From Thermoplasmata archaeon (GTDB taxonomy: Archaea; Thermoplasmatota; E2; DHVEG-1): a DNA stretch of 64,000 nt. Below, piece by piece: positions 11,934 through 20,434 of this stretch. The stretch spans positions 13,312 through 77,311 of the forward strand of contig JAHWGK010000003.1 of the NCBI GenBank assembly GCA_020054495.1, given 5' to 3'. How positions within the stretch are numbered: position 1 is the first letter of the stretch; every line of letters begins with the position of its first letter. The notes below the pieces were generated by a model. It saw nothing but the letters and a program-made list of their open reading frames with translations, had not been told where the DNA came from and did no database searches. A program made the position numbers and the translations under genes.

Positions 11934-12276
11934 ACAAAAATATCGACCGCCGACAGCTGAAGAATTCCTTCAGTATGTACCTAAGAGGGGAGACTTTGAA
12001 TGGTCTAAAAGTTCGGAAGGGCTGGTGGAAATAAAAGTACCGAAGTTCAAAGCAAACATCGGTATATCTCTTTGTAAGGTTATCAGAAAAGAAAATACAT
12101 TTACAGCTAAAATGGATAAAATGGGATCGATTGCATGGGAAAACTGCGATGGAAGAAACTCAGTAAAGGACATTTTAAAAATACTAAAAAAAGAATTTCC
12201 AAAGGAGGAAAACATAGATCAAAGACTCTTTTTATTTTTACAGCAAATGCAGAATCTTTACTACATTGAACTTTAA
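11914..12276 (+). CDS. PqqD-family (RRE-like) small protein
   Basis: C-terminal MDKMGSIAWENCDGRNSVKDILKILKKEF...QRLFLFLQQMQNLYYIEL matches the PqqD-like pattern. The only in-frame start that keeps the N-terminal part is TTG at 11914, which overlaps the OPT gene by 20 nt. Confidence 0.5.
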   Translation: MLIRKNKQKYRPPTAEEFLQYVPKRGDFEWSKSSEGLVEIKVPKFKANIGISLCKVIRKENTFTAKMDKMGSIAWENCDGRNSVKDILKILKKEFPKEENIDQRLFLFLQQMQNLYYIEL

Positions 12277-12325
12277 ATAAATAAATAAACATATATTGCA
12301 TAACTTCTTTATCCAAGGTAAACTT

Positions 12326-12742
12326 ATGAAAACCTATGAGCTTATTGATCACACGGCAGATGTCGGATTAAAGGCCTACGGAAAAAATCTTTCAGAAGCG
12401 TTTCAAAATGCAGCTAAGGGAATGTTTGATATTGTTACTGATAGCTCAGAAATAGAGTCTGTTGGTCAATATGATATTGATTTAGAAGCAGCTGATTTAG
12501 AACAACTGCTTGTTGATTTTTTATCTGAGCTCTTATTTTTGAATAGCGCACAAAATTTAGTTTTTGGTTTTTTCAAGGTAGAACTTGATGAAAATAAAAA
12601 AAGCCTTTCTGCGCGTGTCTTTGGTGAAAAATTCAATATATCTAAACATAAAATCGGTGATGAAATAAAAGCTGTTACATATCATATGCTTGAAGTGAAA
12701 AATAAAAAACCATATAGTGTTCAGGTTCTTTTTGATATTTAG
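12326..12742 (+). CDS. Archease
   Basis: MKTYELIDHTADVGLKAYG... and a C-terminal KAVTYHML motif. Start placed at the ATG at 12326. Confidence 0.9.
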   Translation: MKTYELIDHTADVGLKAYGKNLSEAFQNAAKGMFDIVTDSSEIESVGQYDIDLEAADLEQLLVDFLSELLFLNSAQNLVFGFFKVELDENKKSLSARVFGEKFNISKHKIGDEIKAVTYHMLEVKNKKPYSVQVLFDI

Positions 12743-12933
12743 TTTTTTAATTATAAGGTAATGGGGCTCTGTCTCAAAATTCAACTGTGCTATCTGTTGT
12801 TCTCATTTTATTGCATACTATCTAATACGAGTAAATCGAATACTTTTGAGGCAAAGCCAATTAATAGTTTCAGCGAACCTTTGCTTCTGTTTAAATAGTA
12901 GGAATAAAGTTACTTTTTGTTAAGCGATCTCAG

Positions 12934-12997
12934 CCGGACGGTCCCCTCCAAATATTCGTTATCTTTTTATAGCTTCTCCTCCTGGAACCCCGTCCGG
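12934..12997 (+). repeat. GC-rich inverted repeat (CCGGACGG ... CCGTCCGG) in a 330-bp non-coding gap, followed by an oligo-T run at 13009-13014
   Basis: An 8-bp perfect stem (10 bp with a G-U and an A-U pair) encloses a 48-nt pyrimidine-rich loop. A TTTAAATA box lies at 12890-12897. Confidence 0.5.
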
Positions 12998-13071
12998 TTT
13001 CTCCTCACTTTTTTATGGTAAGTATTATATGGGATATTTTAATAACGATTGTTAACAAATAGGTGTAAATC

Positions 13072-13281
13072 ATGACATGTGGCAAGATTACGGAAGACAT
13101 GAATATAAGAGAAGTTATTGAAAAACATCCTGAAGTCGTACCAGTTTTTGCTAAATATAATATGGGATGTATTGGTTGTATTGCAGCGTCTTTTGAGAAA
13201 ATCAGTGATATCGCTGCAGTTCACGGTGTTGATGTTAAAAAGTTTGTTGAGGAACTTAACGAAGCAATGCAAGATAATTAA
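13072..13281 (+). CDS. DUF1858-type small redox protein (hybrid-cluster-protein-associated disulfide protein family)
   Basis: 69 aa. ITEDMNIREVIEKHPEVVPVFAKYNMGCIGC matches the DUF1858 pattern. An AGGTG RBS lies upstream. Confidence 0.6.
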   Translation: MTCGKITEDMNIREVIEKHPEVVPVFAKYNMGCIGCIAASFEKISDIAAVHGVDVKKFVEELNEAMQDN

Positions 13282-13284
13282 AAT

Positions 13285-13698
13285 TTAAAGAGAACTTTTT
13301 ATTATTACTAGTTCTCCATGTTTTATTCCCTTAAGTGCTTTTATATTGTCAGCTAGTTTCTGTATATTGCCAGTTTTTCCTTTTAATACAAGAACTTCAA
13401 GACAGTTATGATGGTCAACATGAATATGCGTGGTTGATAGTATTTCATTGTGGTGATCATGCTGTAAGTCGAGGAGCCTGTTTGTTAGATTGCCAGTATG
13501 ATGGTCATATATCATAGTAAGTGTACCTATTGATTTTGCATTAGGATCTTTGCCTTTTTCTATTATTAGGTTTTTACGGATTATGTCTCTGATTGCTTCT
13601 GAGCGGTTAGAATAACCCTCTTTTTTTATCATTTTATCAAATTTATTAAGTAAATCTGGTTCTATCGACACACCGAATCTTATTATTTTTTCAGTCAT
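13285..13698 (-). CDS. nikR: Nickel-responsive regulator NikR
   Basis: Ribbon-helix-helix N-terminus (IRFGVSIEPDLLNKFD...GYSNRSEAIRD) plus a His-rich metal-binding C-domain (DHHTGN...HDHHNE...HVDHHNCLEVLVLKG). Confidence 0.85.
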   Translation of the reverse strand: MTEKIIRFGVSIEPDLLNKFDKMIKKEGYSNRSEAIRDIIRKNLIIEKGKDPNAKSIGTLTMIYDHHTGNLTNRLLDLQHDHHNEILSTTHIHVDHHNCLEVLVLKGKTGNIQKLADNIKALKGIKHGELVIIKSSL

Positions 13699-13823
13699 AG
13701 TAACACGTTTTACGGGTAATCGTAGCACGAATTTAAATTTTTTGTTACCAAAAACTATTTATTAACAATTTATATTGCAGTAGCACTAAAAAATAAATGT
13801 AACAAAATAAAGGAGGTCAAAAA

Positions 13824-14114
13824 ATGGTTTGTTATACTGTGCCAATGGTGGCCGCAGTTGCACACATTATAATGAGAAAAAACATAACAAGTTGGAAAGA
13901 AAGCACACATCACCTCTGGTTAAGTTTTATACTAGTTGGTGGTGCAATCTTTGGACTAGTTGATCATTGGTGGAATGGTGAACTATTTCTCATTGGAGAA
14001 AACATACTAATGGACATAATGCTAGGAATTACAATCACCATAGCAATTATTGTAATCTGGGCAGTTATCCGGACATTAGATAAGTCAAAAGTAAAAAAAC
14101 TTGTAAAAGCTTAA
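13824..14114 (+). CDS. Small (96 aa) His-containing membrane protein, divergent from nikR
   Basis: Strong AGGAGGT RBS 7 nt upstream. Three hydrophobic segments. STHHLW and VDHWWNGE motifs. Confidence 0.5.
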   Translation: MVCYTVPMVAAVAHIIMRKNITSWKESTHHLWLSFILVGGAIFGLVDHWWNGELFLIGENILMDIMLGITITIAIIVIWAVIRTLDKSKVKKLVKA

Positions 14115-14144
14115 AACCACTTCTCATATTTTTTCTTTTATTTT

Positions 14145-14870
14145 TTAATACTGTTTTTCCAATTTTCCAAGAAAAATTCTCAATAAGCTCGGGTTTTCAC
14201 TTTCTATCTTACCTGCACCATACCCAATCTTTTTGATTTTCATAAGCGGCATCTCACCAAAGTGGCTAGCTATTGTAGTAATAACTGCTGCACCAGTTGG
14301 TGTAACCATTTCATGATTGATATCTGTTTGATATACTGGAACATCTTTTAACAGCTCAACTGTAGCCGGGGCAGGTATTGGAATTGTACCATGGGAGCAC
14401 GTTACAAAACCTTTGCCGATAGGAAGGTGAGAACAGAACACATTTTTAATTCCCAATTTTTTTAAACCGATTGCAGCTCCTACAATATCTATTATCGAGT
14501 CTACAGCGCCTATTTCATGGAAATGAATATCATCTATCTTTACATTGTGGATCTTACTTTCAGCTTCTGCCAACCTACTAAAAATCTTTTTACTCAACTC
14601 TTTAATTTCATCATCTAACTCACTATTGTCAATGATATTATTTATGTCTCTCAAACTACGATGATGTTGTTTTTCTTTAACAGTAATATACACATCTGTT
14701 CCTGTGATATGATTTTTTTCAACTTTTTTTATCTCAATTTCATATCCTGAAATATCAAGTTTTTCAAGCTCCTTCTTTAAATAGTTGATATCAAGACCTA
14801 AGTCAATGAGAGCGCCTAAAATCATATCCCCACATATGCCTGAGAAACAATCGAAATATGCAATGGTCAT
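14145..14870 (-). CDS. larC: LarC-family nickel insertion protein, N-terminal (LarC1-like) domain only
   Basis: MTIAYFDCFSGICGDMILGALIDLG... (DUF111/LarC). It ends at ...LLRIFLGKLEKQY after 241 aa, and a convergent gene follows 30 bp downstream. Confidence 0.8.
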   Translation of the reverse strand: MTIAYFDCFSGICGDMILGALIDLGLDINYLKKELEKLDISGYEIEIKKVEKNHITGTDVYITVKEKQHHRSLRDINNIIDNSELDDEIKELSKKIFSRLAEAESKIHNVKIDDIHFHEIGAVDSIIDIVGAAIGLKKLGIKNVFCSHLPIGKGFVTCSHGTIPIPAPATVELLKDVPVYQTDINHEMVTPTGAAVITTIASHFGEMPLMKIKKIGYGAGKIESENPSLLRIFLGKLEKQY

Positions 14871-14876
14871 GCTTTG

Positions 14877-15605
14877 TCACCTATTAATTAAACTTGCAAA
14901 ATATCCTGCACCAAACCCATTATCGATGTTTACTACTACAATACCCTCGGCACAGCTATTCAGCATGGTTAGAAGCGGAGCAATTCCCTTAAAACTTGCA
15001 CCATATCCAACACTTGTTGGAACAGCAATCACAGGCCGGCTAGCTAAACCTCCTACAATGCTAGCTAAAGCGCCTTCCATTCCAGCAATCACAATTATTA
15101 CATTTGCCTCAAAAATCTTATCTTTAACATCAAACAACCGGTGAACACCTGCAACACCGACGTCGTAGACCTTTTCAACTCTATTACCCATGAGTTCTGC
15201 TGTTACCACAGCTTCTTCAGCAACAGGAATATCAGACGTTCCAGCAGTTATAACAAGTATATACCCTTTTTTTGGTTTTAGTTTTTCATTCCTGATAACA
15301 ATAGTTTTTGCGAATTCGTTATACTCGGCTTCAGGATACATTTTTTTTACAGCAGCAAATATCTTTTTATTTGCCTTTGTTGCTAAAACACTGTGGTTTT
15401 TCTTTGACATTTCCTCGATTATTCTTAGAATCTGGGAAGTTGTTTTACCCTTACAAAAAACAGTTTCTGGGAATCCTTTACGTAAAGCTCTATGGGTATC
15501 AATTTTTGCGAAATCTAAATCTTTGTACGGCAATGATTTTATTTTCTCTAAAACTTCTACAAGATCAATTTTTCCTGCTTTATAATCCTGTAATATTTTT
15601 CTCAT
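14877..15605 (-). CDS. larB: LarB (PurE-like NaAD carboxylase/hydrolase for the nickel-pincer cofactor)
   Basis: VITAGTSDIPVAEEA...DVGVAGVHRL...IAGMEGALASIVGG. Confidence 0.85.
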   Translation of the reverse strand: MRKILQDYKAGKIDLVEVLEKIKSLPYKDLDFAKIDTHRALRKGFPETVFCKGKTTSQILRIIEEMSKKNHSVLATKANKKIFAAVKKMYPEAEYNEFAKTIVIRNEKLKPKKGYILVITAGTSDIPVAEEAVVTAELMGNRVEKVYDVGVAGVHRLFDVKDKIFEANVIIVIAGMEGALASIVGGLASRPVIAVPTSVGYGASFKGIAPLLTMLNSCAEGIVVVNIDNGFGAGYFASLINR

Positions 15606-16411
15606 TTTTTTAGAACCTCATTCAAACTACCTGTTCGGTATCCTTCTATATCAAGTGTTATATAATTAAATCCGAGCTTCTTAAATGTCTTAGTAATTTC
15701 TTCAGAATGCTCAATAATCCTAGAAAAATCATCTTTTAAAACCTCAATACGGGCAACCTCGTTATGAAAACGTACACGAAACTGTTTCACCCCCATCTCT
15801 CTAATATAATCCTCTGCTTTTTCAACCATTTTTAATCTTGACTTAGTAATCTCTGTTCCGTATGGAAAACGTGAGGCAAGGCAAGCAAAAGCTGGTTTAT
15901 CCCAAGTATCTAAGTTCATTGCTCGTGATAACTCTTTGATTTCTTTTTTAGTTAATCCTACATCCTTCAGCGGACTAACAACACTTAACTCTTTCAGAGC
16001 TTTTATCCCAGGTCTGTAATCAGTTTTATCATCAATATTTGATCCATCAAGCACATAGTTAATATGTTCCTCATTTGCAATCTGTTTTATTTTTGAGAAT
16101 AATTCTTTTTTGCAATAATAACATCTATTGCTGGGATTTTTTGAGAAATCATCAATTTCAGTTTCTTCTGAATTTATTATTAAATGTTTTATTCCTAATT
16201 GTTTTGTAAAATTTATTGCTTGGTTAAGTTCTCTTTGTGGATATGTTGATGAAGTGGCAGTGACCGCCATTGCTTTTTGTCCTAGTAGCTTGTAAGCTAC
16301 ATTTACTAAGAATGTACTGTCAACCCCTCCAGAATATGCAATGGCAACGCTCTCCATATTTCTTAAATTACTTTTTAATTGTTCTAATTTATTAATAGAA
16401 CCCCCTTGCAT
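15602..16411 (-). CDS. larE: LarE (PP-loop ATP-dependent sulfur transferase)
   Basis: AYSGGVDSTF PP-loop. Cys triad from CYYC plus FACLASR. ATGA-type overlap with larB. Start set at the ATG at 16411, with a TATA-like ATTATATATTT about 25 nt upstream, so the mRNA is probably leaderless. Confidence 0.8.
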   Translation of the reverse strand: MQGGSINKLEQLKSNLRNMESVAIAYSGGVDSTFLVNVAYKLLGQKAMAVTATSSTYPQRELNQAINFTKQLGIKHLIINSEETEIDDFSKNPSNRCYYCKKELFSKIKQIANEEHINYVLDGSNIDDKTDYRPGIKALKELSVVSPLKDVGLTKKEIKELSRAMNLDTWDKPAFACLASRFPYGTEITKSRLKMVEKAEDYIREMGVKQFRVRFHNEVARIEVLKDDFSRIIEHSEEITKTFKKLGFNYITLDIEGYRTGSLNEVLKK

Positions 16412-16497
16412 AGGATATAGAATAGACAATATCAAATATATAATGATTATCTTAGGAGAACCATTTGAAAAAATGATTTAATTTACTAGGAAAAAAT

Positions 16498-17388
16498 TCA
16501 TTGTCTGGTTTGATTTTTCTTTGATAAATAACCAATTCCAACATCAGTTATTTCAACTATATTATAATCAACATACTGTAACATTTCCATTTGTGAAAGT
16601 TTCCGAATCATATCATTAAGTTCATCTCTAGTAATTTTTAATTTATACACAGCAGTTTCTGCATCCATATCTTGCTCAAGCAATAATTGTAAAAGTTCAT
16701 ACTCTTTTTCATAGATCCTTGATTCTTTTTCAATCTCATGTGGATCAACATCTATATATCCAGAAAGTCTCTCAACGTAGTTCTGTATAATTCTATCAAG
16801 ATTCAAACGATCTAATACTTTACCTTTTTTATCATACAATGTGCAGAATTTGCTCCCTGGCTCATGTTTCCAATGAGAAATATTTCCCCATCCGTAACCT
16901 AACAAGTTCTTAGTTCGCCCCCGGCTTGGAATACCTCTTCTTGTAGCTTCAGAAATAGATTTTTTTCTCTCCTTCCTTCTGAATGCATAATGTTGCTCAA
17001 GTTGAACCTGTTCGAGATCAACTTCGCAATCAAGAATCATTCTAGTAATCTCATCACCAGTACGTTCTTTCAATTCAGTGATAAAATAAAGACCTGCTTC
17101 ATCGCCAATATCGTTATAAACAACTCTAACGAGTGCTTCAATTGCTTTTCCAATTACCTCTGGTCTAACATTTTCAATGTTTGAAGAAATACTAACTGCA
17201 AATCCTGCATCAGAAATATCAGGTTTACTAATGTCTACATATTTCATAAATTCAAATTTACTTTCAAGTGTTTTAATAGTGGAACCTATTGCCTCCTCAG
17301 CAAACTTTGAAGAAGTTCTCCTACTTGCAACATTATAAAGAGCCTTAAATAATGTTTCAAGTAAAACTGAATTTTTTATTTTCTCCAT
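16498..17388 (-). CDS. Hypothetical protein (296 aa) with a wHTH-like C-terminus
   Basis: No recognised family. It starts 28 bp (ATG 17388) or 10 bp (TTG 17406) after the dys stop. The C-terminal ...TRDELNDMIRKLSQMEMLQYVDYNIVEITDVGIGYL looks like a winged helix. Confidence 0.45.
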   Translation of the reverse strand: MEKIKNSVLLETLFKALYNVASRRTSSKFAEEAIGSTIKTLESKFEFMKYVDISKPDISDAGFAVSISSNIENVRPEVIGKAIEALVRVVYNDIGDEAGLYFITELKERTGDEITRMILDCEVDLEQVQLEQHYAFRRKERKKSISEATRRGIPSRGRTKNLLGYGWGNISHWKHEPGSKFCTLYDKKGKVLDRLNLDRIIQNYVERLSGYIDVDPHEIEKESRIYEKEYELLQLLLEQDMDAETAVYKLKITRDELNDMIRKLSQMEMLQYVDYNIVEITDVGIGYLSKKNQTRQ

Positions 17389-17416
17389 TCTACATCCACT
17401 TTTCAAAATTGAAAAT

Positions 17417-18439
17417 TCATTTAGGGAATAGTTGATTTAGTTTTTTTGTTTTTCTATGTTTCCAGACGCCCATGTGATATTCATAGCTTGCAAGTAGGGG
17501 AAATGTGATTGTTGCCTCACCAAAAACCATCTGTTCAAGGCCTTGATTAACTTTGCCCCAAGAACTTGCCTCTTTAAGCGTAGAGCCAGACAGAGCCCCA
17601 TCCCTCTCATCAGCAACAGTCAACTGAACTGCATACTTATGCATCGGAGCATTTTTTCCAAGAATATCAGCAGCTACTACTGTATCTTGAACAAAATTCT
17701 TTGGGACACCCCCACCAATTACAACAAGACCAGTTTCCTTAGATTTTACTTTAAGTTCAGTAAGTTCTTTGAAATCCTTTACAGAATCAATTAAGACATG
17801 CTCTTTGCGCTCAGTTTGATGAACGACAAGACCGAAGCCTGCACTTGAATCTGGAAAAGCAGGACAAAAAATAGGGACCTCTTTTTTATATGCAGTAAAA
17901 ACAAATGAATCAGATTTCCTACCGTTTTTATCGAGATATTTTCCCATTTCGTAGATAAATTCTCGTGACGAATACGCCCCTGGTTTCATAGAGTCAGCTA
18001 TCTTTTTCACAGTCATGTCACATATACGCAAATCCTTTTCGTCTATGAAAGTATCATAAATTCTGTCAATCTTGAGCTCTCTTAGCTGATCATCATCTGC
18101 ATTAATAAAACCATGATAATGATGAAACCCAAGTCCTTCAAAAAAATCCTGATCAACAATAATTGCACCAGAAGAAACGACTACGTCAACCATATTATGT
18201 TCAATTAAATCTATTATTATTTTTTTCAAACCAGCACTAACAAGAGATCCTGCAAGACAGAGAATAATCGTACAATCTTTATCTCTAAGCATATCCTCAT
18301 AAATCCTACATGCTTTTGCCAGATTTCTTGACTGAAAAGCCATATCATTAAAAGATTCAATCAGTGGAACGCTGTTGAATTTTTTAATGTCTAAATGCTT
18401 AATTTTTTGCTTTAGTAATTCTTTTTTTCCGTATTTCAT
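17417..18439 (-). CDS. dys: Deoxyhypusine synthase
   Basis: LAGSLVSAGL...VVSSGA...DQDF.E and GGGVPKNF motifs. Confidence 0.9.
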   Translation of the reverse strand: MKYGKKELLKQKIKHLDIKKFNSVPLIESFNDMAFQSRNLAKACRIYEDMLRDKDCTIILCLAGSLVSAGLKKIIIDLIEHNMVDVVVSSGAIIVDQDFFEGLGFHHYHGFINADDDQLRELKIDRIYDTFIDEKDLRICDMTVKKIADSMKPGAYSSREFIYEMGKYLDKNGRKSDSFVFTAYKKEVPIFCPAFPDSSAGFGLVVHQTERKEHVLIDSVKDFKELTELKVKSKETGLVVIGGGVPKNFVQDTVVAADILGKNAPMHKYAVQLTVADERDGALSGSTLKEASSWGKVNQGLEQMVFGEATITFPLLASYEYHMGVWKHRKTKKLNQLFPK

Positions 18440-18529
18440 ATCAATTTTCCTAACGCGGATAACTCCATATACTTTTTTTATTTTTCTGTAGTAAGATTTA
18501 AACCAAGTTTTTCTCTATCCGTTCCCTGT

Positions 18530-18943
18530 ATGCATGAATGGGCACTAGCTGAATCAATTCTTACTACAGCAGTTGAAGCAGCAGAAAAAGAAAAACTTAA
18601 AACAATTACTGAAATTAAAGTAGGTATAGGTGAATTGCAACAGATAGAGCAAGATATTTTTGAGTTTGCACTTGACGAAATCATCAAAGAGCAAGGGGGA
18701 AAATTAAAGGGAGTAAAAATTACAATTGAAACTGAAAAAAGTACCTTGAAATGTAAAAGTTGTGAAAATACATGGAAATTTAATGATATAAAGAAAAAAC
18801 TAAACGAGGACGAATCCGAAGCAATACATTTCATACCTGAGGTTGCTTTTGTTCATACAAGATGTCCAAAATGCGGTAGTCCAGATTTTGAAATTACGAC
18901 TGGCAGAGGAATATCAATAACATCAATTACCGGGGAGAAATAG
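18530..18943 (+). CDS. hypA: Hydrogenase nickel incorporation protein HypA
   Basis: MHEWALAE N-terminus, plus CKSC...CPKC zinc site. Confidence 0.9.
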   Translation: MHEWALAESILTTAVEAAEKEKLKTITEIKVGIGELQQIEQDIFEFALDEIIKEQGGKLKGVKITIETEKSTLKCKSCENTWKFNDIKKKLNEDESEAIHFIPEVAFVHTRCPKCGSPDFEITTGRGISITSITGEK

Positions 18944-19672
18944 GTGAGTATGGAAGCAAGAATTAGTGTCATTGAAAAACGACTTAGGAACATTAAACGT
19001 ATTATTTCTGTTGCAAGTGGTAAAGGTGGCGTTGGAAAAAGTCTTGTTGCCTCTTCTTTAGCATTAAATCTTTCAAGAAAAGGATTGAAAGTCGGGCTTT
19101 TAGATCTTGATTTATACGGGCCTTCTTCGCATATCATTCTAGGTGTAAAAGATGTGTTTCCAGAGGAAGAAAAAGGTATTATTCCTCCAAAGGTTCATGA
19201 AATAAATTTTATGTCTATTGTTTATTTTACAGAGGATAAACCCTCTCCTTTTAGAGGTATTGACATTTCAAATATTATTATTGAGTTACTTGCTATTACT
19301 CAATGGGGGGAATTAGATTATCTTATTATCGACATGCCTCCAGGAATAGGTGATGAAACTCTTGATGTAATGAGGCTTGTTAAGAAAAGTGAATTTCTAG
19401 TTGTTACCACTCCATCAAAGGTTGCAATGGGTGCAGTTAGTAAACTTCTTCAATTATTAAAAGAGCTTAAACTGCCTGTTATTGGCGTAGTAGAAAACAT
19501 GAAAATGGCAGAATCTAACTATATTGAAGATTATGTTTCTAAAATGGGCTTAACTTATCTTAATTCTATTTCTTTTGATAAAAACCTGGAAGAATCAATC
19601 GGAAATGCAAGTAAGCTCTTAGAAACTATGTTTATGAAAGATTTTGAAAAAATTGTAGAAAAAATTAGCTAG
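18944..19672 (+). CDS. hypB: Mrp/MinD-type P-loop ATPase, likely the archaeal-type HypB
   Basis: SGKGGVGKS Walker A and DMPPGIGDE. It lacks the ApbC/Nbp35 CxxC. The GTG start abuts the hypA stop. This is the arrangement described for Thermococcus HypA/HypB. Confidence 0.65.
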   Translation: MSMEARISVIEKRLRNIKRIISVASGKGGVGKSLVASSLALNLSRKGLKVGLLDLDLYGPSSHIILGVKDVFPEEEKGIIPPKVHEINFMSIVYFTEDKPSPFRGIDISNIIIELLAITQWGELDYLIIDMPPGIGDETLDVMRLVKKSEFLVVTTPSKVAMGAVSKLLQLLKELKLPVIGVVENMKMAESNYIEDYVSKMGLTYLNSISFDKNLEESIGNASKLLETMFMKDFEKIVEKIS

Positions 19673-19678
19673 TTTATT

Positions 19679-20074
19679 ATGAAAGGTAGTTACATTTTAT
19701 TAGTAGAGCTTACAGAAAATAAAAATATTCAAATTGGTAAACTTGGGAACGTTACCTTTGAAAAGGGTTTTTACGCTTATGTTGGCTCAGCTCTTAATGG
19801 GTTGGAACAGAGGATAAATAGACATCTTAGAAATAATAAGAAAAAACATTGGCATATCGATTATTTACTAACGCATGGAAAGATAGTAGATATTTTTTAT
19901 AAGGAAAACGATGCTAAAGAAGAATGTAATTTTGCAAAAAAATTTGAAGAAAAATTAACTCACACTCCTAACTTTGGTTGTAGTGATTGCAACTGCGGAA
20001 GTCATCTTTTCTTTGGTTTAAAAAATGAAATTAAAACGATAACCCGAGCTTTCAATATGATCCCTTATTGTTAA
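19679..20074 (+). CDS. DUF123 (GIY-YIG superfamily) protein
   Basis: GFYAYVGSA...RI.RHL....[10 protein letters not shown] and [14 protein letters not shown]. Confidence 0.6.
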   Translation: MKGSYILLVELTENKNIQIGKLGNVTFEKGFYAYVGSALNGLEQRINRHLRNNKKKHWHIDYLLTHGKIVDIFYKENDAKEECNFAKKFEEKLTHTPNFGCSDCNCGSHLFFGLKNEIKTITRAFNMIPYC

Positions 20075-20122
20075 TGCAAACACTTAAAACACTTTTTGCT
20101 TATATGTTATCTTGGGGAGATT

Positions 20123-20434
20123 ATGGTTGCCATTATTTACTCCACTATAGATAAAATCCAAGATGCCAGACGAATCGCGTATACATTAGTTGAAGAACAA
20201 CTTGTTGCATGTGTAAATATAATTCCAAAAATAGAATCATTCTACAGGTGGAAAGGCAAAATTGAGAATGATGAAGAGGTAGTACTAATTGCTAAAACAA
20301 CAGATAAAAATGTAAAAAAGGCAATTCAGCGAATAAAAACTCTTCATACTTGCGAGTTACCAGACATTATTGTTTTACCAATAATCGGTGGTCTTAAAGA
20401 TTACTTAAATTATATTGCTGATGAAACATCATGA
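20123..20434 (+). CDS. cutA: Divalent-cation tolerance protein CutA
   Basis: LVACVNIIPKIESFYRWKGKIENDEEVVLIAKT. Confidence 0.8.
   Translation: MVAIIYSTIDKIQDARRIAYTLVEEQLVACVNIIPKIESFYRWKGKIENDEEVVLIAKTTDKNVKKAIQRIKTLHTCELPDIIVLPIIGGLKDYLNYIADETS

Noticed and set aside
12761-12904. 47-codon ORF (MGLCLKIQLCYLLFSF...) in the archease-DUF1858 gap
   Set aside because: It has no properly spaced RBS, its composition is hydrophobic and low-complexity as expected for random AT-rich sequence, and it carries no motif.
12920-13014. SRP RNA, RNase P RNA, tRNA or C/D-box sRNA identity for the GC-rich hairpin element
   Set aside because: I could not find the conserved SRP helix-8 GGAA/AGCA-type motif, RNase P CR-I/CR-V-like strings, a tRNA cloverleaf with a T-loop, or C (RUGAUGA) and D (CUGA) boxes. 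It is kept only as an unclassified candidate sRNA.
14115-14144. Programmed frameshift or hidden LarC2 reading frame downstream of larC
   Set aside because: Only 30 bp separate the larC stop from a convergent gene. No alternative frame continues the protein.
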